NCBI GenBank assembly: GCA_964291675.2
Contig: OZ219866.1
Coordinates: forward strand, 320,001 to 384,000
Direction: 5' to 3'
DNA: 64,000 bases
DNA from: Alphaproteobacteria bacterium
GTDB lineage: Bacteria > Pseudomonadota > Alphaproteobacteria > MPNO01
In this document: one piece after another, positions 57,152 to 64,000 of the stretch
How the letters are laid out: every line of letters begins with the position of its first letter
Position numbering within the stretch: position 1 is the first letter of the stretch
Notes under the pieces: model-generated
The model's database searches: none
What the model saw: only the letters and a program-made list of their open reading frames with translations
What the model was told of the DNA's origin: nothing
Position numbers and translations under genes: made by a program

Positions 57152-57435
57152 GACGGCCAGACCTGTCCGGTCGGAAACGGTACGCCCTTCGACCGCAAGC
57201 AATACGCCTCCCGGAACAGCCAAGAGGGCGGACGCGCCGACCTCGGATCCGCCGCCCAGACGAACGCGTCGCGGGCGGCCGGCATGGCGTCCAGGAAATG
57301 CCGGTTGGCTTCCCACCGCGCCGCGTCGTCTTGCAACGCGTTCCGGGCGGGCGGGCCGATGTCGAAGCGGCGCCCCCCGAGCTCGTCCGACACCCGTATG
57401 TAGTCCGGAAAACTTCCGACCACGCTGACGCCCAT
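57148..57435 (-). CDS. hypothetical protein resembling a polymorphic-toxin C-terminal domain (possibly degenerate)
   Basis: The pattern 'VVG.FPDY...ELG.RRF...WEANRHFLD...SW..RE..L.SKG' resembles Rhs tip domains (from recall, not searched). Confidence 0.45.
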   Translation of the reverse strand: MGVSVVGSFPDYIRVSDELGGRRFDIGPPARNALQDDAARWEANRHFLDAMPAARDAFVWAADPRSARPPSWLFREAYCLRSKGVPFPTGQVWPS

Positions 57436-57519
57436 CGAGCCGCCTTTCCGCCCGGTGCCATCGCGATGACAGCTTGGCGGAGGCGCCGCATTTCTTCAAT
57501 CATGACGTGCATGCCGGGC

Positions 57520-58839
57520 TCAGGGCCGGATCGACCGCCCCACCGCCGGGTAGGCAACCCCGAGCGTCACCCCGCGCAGCGCCATGAAGGCGGCGAAGGC
57601 GAGCCACAGTCCGTGATTGCCCCAGAGCGGGATCAGAGCCGCGCAGAGCGCGAGATAGGCCGCCACCGAGACGACCATCATGTTGCGCATCTGCCGCCCG
57701 AGCGTGGCGCCGAGGAAGATGCCGTCGAGCTGGAAGGCGGCGACCGAGAGCGCCGGCATCGCCACCGCCCAGGGGAGGAATTCGCCGGCGGCATCGCGCA
57801 CGTCCTCGATGCCGGTCAGGAGCGCGACGATCCCCGCCCCCGCCGCGGCGTAGACCAGGACCAGGCCGCAAGCGGTCACCGCCGCCCAGAACGAGGATAC
57901 CCGGATCGCCGCGCGCAGCTCCGCCCGGTCGGCGGCACCCACCGCGCGCCCGACCATCGCCTGGGCCGCGTGGGCGAATCCGTCGAGCCCGTGCGCCATA
58001 AAAATCTGGAAGTTCATCAGCACCGCGTTGGCGGCGAGCAGCACGTCGCCCATCCTGGCGCCCTGGGCGGTGAACCAGGCGAAGGCGAAGACCAGGCAGA
58101 CGGTGCGGACGAAGATGTCGGCGTTGAGGCCGAGCGTCATCCGCATCCGCCGGCGCGACCGCACGCGGCCCCAGTCGAGCCGCCCGGCGATCTCTCGCAG
58201 CGCGCCGCGCATCAGCCAGAGCGCGAGGCCGAGCCCGGCGAACTCGGCGATCACGGTGGCGAGCGCCACCCCGAACACCCCCCATCCGAAGCCGACCACG
58301 AAGACCACGTCGAGGACGATGTTGAGGCCGTTCATCCAGAGCTGCACGTAGAGCGTCGCCCTTGTGTTCTGCAGGCCGAGAAACCAGCCCAGGATGACGT
58401 AGATGGAGAGTGCCGCGGGCGCGCCCCAGATCCGCGTTAGCACATAGATGCGGGCGGAGCTTTCGACATCGGCGCTCGCCTCGACCGCCTCGAACACGAT
58501 GAAGACGATCGGCCCCTGGGCGGCGACGGTGACCAGCGCGATGGCGCCGGCGATCGCCAGCCCGCGCGCGACCGCGGCCCGCACCTCGTCCGCATCGCCG
58601 GCACCGTGGGCCTGCGCCGTCAGCCCTCCGGTTCCCATGCGGAGAAAGCCGAACCCCCAGTAGATGAAGTTGAACACCATGCTGCCGAGCGCCACCGCCC
58701 CCAGATGGTGAGGCTCCGGCAGGTGCCCGACCACGGCGGTGTCGACGGCGCCCAGGAGCGGCACCGACAGGTTGGACAGGATGATCGGGACGGAGAGGCG
58801 CCAGACCGCGCGATGATGCTCCGCGGAGCCCGCGATCAT
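57520..58839 (-). CDS. MATE efflux transporter (DinF-like)
   Basis: 'PIILSNLSVPLLGAVDTAVVGHL', 'FGFLRMGT' and 'NIVLD'. Confidence 0.93.
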   Translation of the reverse strand: MIAGSAEHHRAVWRLSVPIILSNLSVPLLGAVDTAVVGHLPEPHHLGAVALGSMVFNFIYWGFGFLRMGTGGLTAQAHGAGDADEVRAAVARGLAIAGAIALVTVAAQGPIVFIVFEAVEASADVESSARIYVLTRIWGAPAALSIYVILGWFLGLQNTRATLYVQLWMNGLNIVLDVVFVVGFGWGVFGVALATVIAEFAGLGLALWLMRGALREIAGRLDWGRVRSRRRMRMTLGLNADIFVRTVCLVFAFAWFTAQGARMGDVLLAANAVLMNFQIFMAHGLDGFAHAAQAMVGRAVGAADRAELRAAIRVSSFWAAVTACGLVLVYAAAGAGIVALLTGIEDVRDAAGEFLPWAVAMPALSVAAFQLDGIFLGATLGRQMRNMMVVSVAAYLALCAALIPLWGNHGLWLAFAAFMALRGVTLGVAYPAVGRSIRP

Positions 58840-60056
58840 CGCGCCGGCACCGCCCTCCGCCCTGCGGCAAGAGCGAGCACGGCGAGCCCGCTGACCGCGG
58901 CCAGCACCAGAATGGCGAGGTCAGGCCGGCCGAGATCCATCAGCCCGCCGACGGCGATCGGGCCGAGCGCGAAGCCGATGCTGAGCCCGGTCGAGGTGAA
59001 GCCGAAGGCGAGGCCCAGCGACCCGGCGGGGGCGCGGGCGCGGACGATGAGGTCGCGCGACGGGCTGGAGACGCCGAGCAGGAAGCCGCTCGCCGCGATC
59101 ACGGCGACCCCGGCGAGGAAACCGCCGTGCCCGAAGGCGAGCAGCGCGAGCGCCGCCGCCCCGCCGGCCACGGTCCACGCCGCGAGCCTGTCATGCGCCG
59201 AGATTCGGTCCGCGAGCACGCCGCCGAACAGGACCGCGCAAGCCATCGTGACCATGAACACCGTGAGCGAGAGATTGCCGCCGGCGAGATCGGCGCCGAA
59301 CAGCTCCATCATCGCGATGGCGAGGAACCCGGCGAGGCCGCCGATGGTCATGGAGGTGAACATGAAGAACAGGAAGATGCGGATCATCGGCCCGTCGGTC
59401 ATCGCCATCAGCCGGGCGCGGATGTCGAAGCGTTCCTTTTTCCTCTCTTCGCCCGCGGCCACGGCGCTGGGCTCGTCGTCGAACACCGTCCGGCGCCACT
59501 GGATCAGCGCCGCGACCGCGAGCCCGGCGATCCCGGCGCCGAGCAGCGCGCCGCGCCAGCCGAACGCGGCGTTGAGCCCGGCGATCGACATCGGCGCGAT
59601 GGCCCAGCCGACATAGCCGACGAAGCTGTGCAGGCTGACGGTGCGTCCGAGCCAGGCGCGGTCGACCCGGCGGGCCAGGATCGAGAGGTCGGCCGGATGG
59701 AAGACGCTGTTCCCGAGCCCGGCCACAGCGAACAGCGCGATCACCTGCCAATACGCCTCCGCCCCGCCGGCGAGCGCGAGGCTGCCGCCCAGCAGCACCA
59801 GGCCGATCACCAGCACCGGCCGCCCGCCATAGCGGTCGACCGCCAGCCCGACGGGGATTTGGGCGACGCTGGTGGCGATGGAGAAGACCGTCATCAGCGC
59901 GCCGAGCGCGACATAGCTCACGTCGAACGCCTCGCGCAGCGCCGGGAACAGCGGCGCCACCGCCACCGAGCTCAGATGGCTGTAGCAATGCCCCGCGCTG
60001 ATCAGCGAGACGACCGTGCGCTGCCCGGGCAGCGCGCGGGGGGCGGTCGCGCTCAC
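58836..60056 (-). CDS. MFS transporter
   Basis: 12 TM segments; 'DRYG' and 'GLGNSVFHPAD'. Confidence 0.92.
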   Translation of the reverse strand: MSATAPRALPGQRTVVSLISAGHCYSHLSSVAVAPLFPALREAFDVSYVALGALMTVFSIATSVAQIPVGLAVDRYGGRPVLVIGLVLLGGSLALAGGAEAYWQVIALFAVAGLGNSVFHPADLSILARRVDRAWLGRTVSLHSFVGYVGWAIAPMSIAGLNAAFGWRGALLGAGIAGLAVAALIQWRRTVFDDEPSAVAAGEERKKERFDIRARLMAMTDGPMIRIFLFFMFTSMTIGGLAGFLAIAMMELFGADLAGGNLSLTVFMVTMACAVLFGGVLADRISAHDRLAAWTVAGGAAALALLAFGHGGFLAGVAVIAASGFLLGVSSPSRDLIVRARAPAGSLGLAFGFTSTGLSIGFALGPIAVGGLMDLGRPDLAILVLAAVSGLAVLALAAGRRAVPAR

Positions 60057-60068
60057 GGCCTGAGGCGC

Positions 60069-60629
60069 CTAGTTAGCCTGTTCCGCGTCCTTGGCGACCT
60101 GCATGCGGACGATCTTGTCGGGGTTCTCGACCACGCCGCCGCGGCGCGCATCGCCGCGCTTGAGCTTGTCGACGAACTCCATGCCGTCCGTCACCTTGCC
60201 CCAGACGGTGTACTGGCCGTCGAGATGGGGCGCCGGGGCGAACATGATGAAGAACTGGCTGTCGGCGCTGTTGGGGTCGTTGCTGCGCGCCATCGAGGCG
60301 ATGCCCCGGACATGCGGCTCCCTGGAAAACTCGGCCGGCAGCTTGTTGCCGGACCCGCCGGTCCCGGTGCCCGTCGGGTCGCCGCCCTGCGCCATGAACC
60401 CGTCGATCACGCGGTGGAACACCACCCCGTCATAGAACCCGGAGCGGGCGAGCCGCTTGATCTGCTCGACATGCCTGGGTGCGAGGTCGGGGCGCATCTC
60501 GATGACCACGCGGCCATGCTCCAGGTCCATGTAAAGCGTGTTCTCGGGGTCGGCCGCGGCGGTTTCGCTGGTCATGAGCGCTGCTCCCAGGAGGAAGGTG
60601 AACGCACCCACCAGCCTGCTCCGTTTCAT
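60069..60629 (-). CDS. cyclophilin-type peptidyl-prolyl isomerase
   Basis: 'FHRVIDGFMAQGGDPTGTG' and 'SMAR...SADSQFFI'. Confidence 0.95.
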   Translation of the reverse strand: MKRSRLVGAFTFLLGAALMTSETAAADPENTLYMDLEHGRVVIEMRPDLAPRHVEQIKRLARSGFYDGVVFHRVIDGFMAQGGDPTGTGTGGSGNKLPAEFSREPHVRGIASMARSNDPNSADSQFFIMFAPAPHLDGQYTVWGKVTDGMEFVDKLKRGDARRGGVVENPDKIVRMQVAKDAEQAN

Positions 60630-60686
60630 GGCGCCTCTCGGTCTGGACAGTGGATGGGGAATCGGCCGCACCATAGACCAGCGGCG

Positions 60687-61682
60687 TCAAACGCGGAATA
60701 CCGACTGCACCTCTTCCGGGTAGAGATCCTCGGGCTCGAGCCTCCGGTGGCACAGCCCCTGGTCGTGGCAGAACCGCAGGAACGCCTCGATGGTCGGACG
60801 GTTGGGCTCGATCCCGTAGGGCCAGTAATCGCCGCCCGGGAAGATCTCGCCGCCGAGCTCGGGCACGGTGTCGTAGATCCACGGCACCGGGATCTGCGAA
60901 TGCGTCACGCTGGTGAGCCTGGCGACGCTCCGCTTCTTGGCCGCCTCGAAACCGTTCAGCAGGTTCATCGCGATCCACGGATGCCTGTCGTAGGTGTCGC
61001 GGCGGATCGCCACGGTGTGCATGATCGGGTAGATCCCGGTCCGCCGGAAATAGTCCTGCTCCTGCGTCCGGTAGTCGGGGATCAGGCGCACGATCCGCTC
61101 ATCCCCGTCGAGGAAGGCGCGCGGCGGGCGGGCGGAGACCAGCGCGTCGATATCGCCGGCGAGCAGCATCTCGGTGAGCGAGCGCCCGGGCACCTGGCGG
61201 TAGCTTATGCCTTCGGGGAGCTTGAGATGGGCGAGCTCGATGCGGCCCGGCTCGTTGACCCCGGCCTGCACCCATTCGACCTCGTCGAGCGCAATACCTG
61301 CATCCTCGGCGAGCCAGCCCCGGGCATAGACCGTCGCGGTCTGCGACCATTCGGGGATGCCGATCCGCTTGCCGGCGAGGTCGGCGACCGTCCCCACCCC
61401 GCCCCCGGCGGCGACATACCAGGCCGAATGCCGGAAAACCCGGGAGACGAAGACCGGAATGCCGGTGATCGGCGGGTCGGGCTGCGACACGATCGAGCAG
61501 TACTTGGCGAAGGAAAGCTCGGATACGTCCCACTCGAAGGCGCTCGCGAAGCGGTAGAAGATCTCCTCGACATCGAGGTTGAGCCAGGTGAGCTCGATGC
61601 CCTCGGCGTTGACCTTGCCCTGAAGCAGGTCGCGGGTGTGGTCGTACTCGTCCATCGCGAGCGTCAGGTGGATGTTCGCCAT
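60687..61682 (-). CDS. 4,5-dihydroxyphthalate decarboxylase-like protein
   Basis: 'YDHTRDL', 'EEIFYR', 'DVSELS', 'RVFRHS', 'YPIMHTV' and 'WPYGIE.N'. Confidence 0.8.
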   Translation of the reverse strand: MANIHLTLAMDEYDHTRDLLQGKVNAEGIELTWLNLDVEEIFYRFASAFEWDVSELSFAKYCSIVSQPDPPITGIPVFVSRVFRHSAWYVAAGGGVGTVADLAGKRIGIPEWSQTATVYARGWLAEDAGIALDEVEWVQAGVNEPGRIELAHLKLPEGISYRQVPGRSLTEMLLAGDIDALVSARPPRAFLDGDERIVRLIPDYRTQEQDYFRRTGIYPIMHTVAIRRDTYDRHPWIAMNLLNGFEAAKKRSVARLTSVTHSQIPVPWIYDTVPELGGEIFPGGDYWPYGIEPNRPTIEAFLRFCHDQGLCHRRLEPEDLYPEEVQSVFRV

Positions 61683-61791
61683 TCGCTGCCTCCGCCAAGC
61701 GTGTCCGGCCGCGAGAGTGCCCTGTCGCCCGAGCGTGCGCAACGCTCCCCCGGCGGCTATGATGGCGCCCGCCGCAGACGGGGAGGATCGG

Positions 61792-62703
61792 GTGGCGAGG
61801 CGCGAGGACATCGACCCGCAGGCCGCGAAGGAAGAGATCTTCGCCTATTGCAAGCGCAAGGGCGCGCTCGCCGTCGGCGTCGCCGATCTGGAGGCGCTGG
61901 AGCGCATCGCACCGCCCGGCCACCGCCCGACCGACCTCATGCCGAGGGTGAAGTCGGTGATCGCGCTCGGCGTCGGCGGCCAGACCCAGGGGGCCTGGGC
62001 GCTGCCCGCCAAGGCGCTCGGCTATTTCGGCAGCACCGAGACGCGGGCCTACACCATCGCCTATGGCTGCGCCTTCTTCATCGAGAACCGCTTCGGCATC
62101 CGTTCGATCTACTGCCCGCCCGACATGGACACCGAGTCCGGGCCCAGGGTGCCGCTGCAAAGCCTCAAGCTGCACGCGGAGGTCGCCGGGATCGGCGCCC
62201 GCTCGTTCGCCGGCGACATCCTGCTGCACCCGGATTTCGGCTACATGTATTTCGCCTCGGTGTTCACCGAGCTCGAACTGCCGCCCGACGCGCCGATGGA
62301 GGAGAACCCCTGCCCTGCGCCGTCCTGCGTCAGCCTGTGGCGCAAGACCGGCCAGACCCCGTGCATGAAGTTCTGCCCCGTGCAGTGCCTGTCGGGCGAG
62401 ATCGACGCCGACGGCAACCAGGCGACGATGCGCTACGACATGGCGGCCTGCGCCGAGATGACCCAGCAATTCGAGGCGGTGCCGTCGATGATCGCCGATG
62501 CGGTCGAGGCCAGGGACGAGGTCGAGCGCGAGGACGCGCTGTTCGACGCCGACCAGAAGATCCTCTGGTACAAGATGTCGGTCGGCTCCGGCGGGCTGCT
62601 CGCCCAGTGCTTCGAATGCATGCGGGTCTGCCCGATCGCCACCCAGGCGCCGCAGGCCGACCCGATCCGGCGCTTCGAATACGCGGCCGACGACAGCGAC
62701 TGA
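61792..62703 (+). CDS. QueG/reductive dehalogenase-like 4Fe-4S protein
   Basis: 'VGVADL', 'SLKLHAEVAGIG', 'LHPDFG', 'SVFTELEL', and Cys clusters 'CPAPSC...CMKFCP' and 'CFECMRVCP'. Confidence 0.75.
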   Translation: MARREDIDPQAAKEEIFAYCKRKGALAVGVADLEALERIAPPGHRPTDLMPRVKSVIALGVGGQTQGAWALPAKALGYFGSTETRAYTIAYGCAFFIENRFGIRSIYCPPDMDTESGPRVPLQSLKLHAEVAGIGARSFAGDILLHPDFGYMYFASVFTELELPPDAPMEENPCPAPSCVSLWRKTGQTPCMKFCPVQCLSGEIDADGNQATMRYDMAACAEMTQQFEAVPSMIADAVEARDEVEREDALFDADQKILWYKMSVGSGGLLAQCFECMRVCPIATQAPQADPIRRFEYAADDSD

Positions 62704-62751
62704 CGTCCCGGTTCCCAAGCTCCATGCCTTGCGCTGCCCTATCACTTCACC

Positions 62752-62838
62752 CGTCATGCCCGGACTTGTTCCGGGCATCTCTCTCCATGGGTTGCCTTGC
62801 GGGCGGCATGGATGGCCGGGACAAGTCCGGCCATGGCG
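62752..62838. repeat. REP-like palindromic repeat (variant of the IS target family)
   Basis: GTCATGCCCGGACTTGTTCCGGGCATC ... GATGGCCGGGACAAGTCCGGCCATG. Confidence 0.85.
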
Positions 62839-62888
62839 CGGTGGAGACAGGATACGAAAGCACAAGAAACTCTGAAACGGGACACTAG

Positions 62889-64000
62889 ATGACGCGCGGC
62901 CTCAACCGGGTCCAGATGGGTCTGACCGAGGAGATGATCGAGGCCTATGGCGAGACCATCTGGGACCTCAGCCACAACATCCAGGTCCGCATCGGCGATC
63001 CGGTGCGCATGCTCGAGTGGGATCAGATCGAGGCGCAGCGCGGCGGCGCCGGGCTCGCCGACGTCCAGATAGCCGAGCGCATCGGGCTCACCCGCGAACA
63101 GGTCACCCACATCCGCCTGCTGCTGGAGCACCGCAAGTTCCAGCGCCATCACTACCACCGGCTCTACGAGCTCGGCGGCGGACGGCGCTACCGGGCGGAG
63201 CGCTTCGTCCCGGTGGAACGGCGCGCGAGCCTCGGCGAACGGGCGATGGCGCTGCGCGCCGCCCTGAAATTCGACGCGGGCGAGGCCGAGCGCCACATCC
63301 GGACCGGACACTGGGGCGCGGCGACGCCCGCCAGCCGGCTGCGCGCGCTCGCCGCGGCGGACGGCCACGGCCTGGCGATCGACGGCGCGGACGGCGCGCT
63401 GGACTGGCGGGAAGCACTCGAACGGTCCCTGTCGCTCGCCGGCGGGCTGGCCGGGCGCGGCATCGGCCGCGGCGACGTGGTCGCGACGGTCGACCTCAGG
63501 CCGTCCTCGCTGCTGCCCGCCTATGCCGCGGCGTCGCTCTCCAGCGCCGTGCTGTGCCCGCTGCCGGACGCCCTGCCGCCGGAAACGCTGGAGACATGCC
63601 TGGAGCGGATCTCGGCGCGCCTGCTGATCGCCCGCGACGGCGCGGCGATCGAGGATTTGTGCGGCACGGTGCCGAAGGACTGGGACGGGGATGCGGTGGC
63701 GAGCGACCCGCTGGCGATCCTGTTCGCCGGGCTCGACGAGGGGACGCCGCGCGCCGCGGTCCACAACGCGCACACACTGCTGGCGGGCAACGACTGGGCG
63801 AGCGCGCGTTTCGCCCTGTCGCCGGCGGATCGCATCGCCGTCGCCGCGCCCGACCCGGCTTGCGCCGTCACCGCCGTCAACCTGGCGCTCGCCTCGGGGG
63901 CGGCGCTGTGCGAGGCGGGCGCGACGATCGCCGTCGGCGGCGCGCTGCCGGGCGCGCGGCTGACGCTCGCGGCGGATACGGGCTGCCGGGTCTGGATCGC
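62889..64000 (+). CDS. HTH-like N-terminal domain fused to a degenerate AMP-binding (acyl-CoA ligase-like) domain; runs off the window end
   Basis: Translated by hand, absent from the ORF track: 'LADVQIAERIGLTREQVTHIR', then 'GHW', 'GIGRGDVVA' and 'LFAGLDEGTPRAAVHNAHTL'. Confidence 0.75.
   Translation, partial: MTRGLNRVQMGLTEEMIEAYGETIWDLSHNIQVRIGDPVRMLEWDQIEAQRGGAGLADVQIAERIGLTREQVTHIRLLLEHRKFQRHHYHRLYELGGGRRYRAERFVPVERRASLGERAMALRAALKFDAGEAERHIRTGHWGAATPASRLRALAAADGHGLAIDGADGALDWREALERSLSLAGGLAGRGIGRGDVVATVDLRPSSLLPAYAAASLSSAVLCPLPDALPPETLETCLERISARLLIARDGAAIEDLCGTVPKDWDGDAVASDPLAILFAGLDEGTPRAAVHNAHTLLAGNDWASARFALSPADRIAVAAPDPACAVTAVNLALASGAALCEAGATIAVGGALPGARLTLAADTGCRVWI

Overview
High-GC window, most likely from an alphaproteobacterium (inferred from the repeat families and gene content). 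It is dominated by transport and aromatic/N-heterocycle catabolism: TRAP, TAXI and Liv-type ABC transporters, nicX, an hpaB-like gene, a form II-like coxGSLMDEF-mocA molybdo-hydroxylase cluster, and isochorismatase/racemase, decarboxylase and QueG/Rdh-like genes. It also holds a split Mrp/Mnh antiporter operon, three tRNAs and several toxin-antitoxin genes. Three mobile-DNA structures can be read directly from the sequence. (1) An IS1111-group IS110 element sits inside a palindromic genomic repeat, and its 3' non-coding region contains guide matches to both halves of that repeat target and to its own donor junction (bridge/seekRNA). (2) An integrase-free type II restriction-modification cassette is bounded by two allelic copies of the last 75 bp of a GNAT gene. 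(3) A 185-bp MITE inserted in a gene overlap of the mnh operon supplies both a replacement stop codon and a replacement start codon. Unusual proteins include an NCS2 permease fused to a degenerate RsbW-like domain, an HTH fused to a degenerate adenylation domain, a probable dinuclear-oxygenase-type amidohydrolase with a Rieske ferredoxin, an archaeal-type riboflavin kinase, and an orphan toxin-tip/immunity-like pair. All family calls come from motif recognition without database searches.
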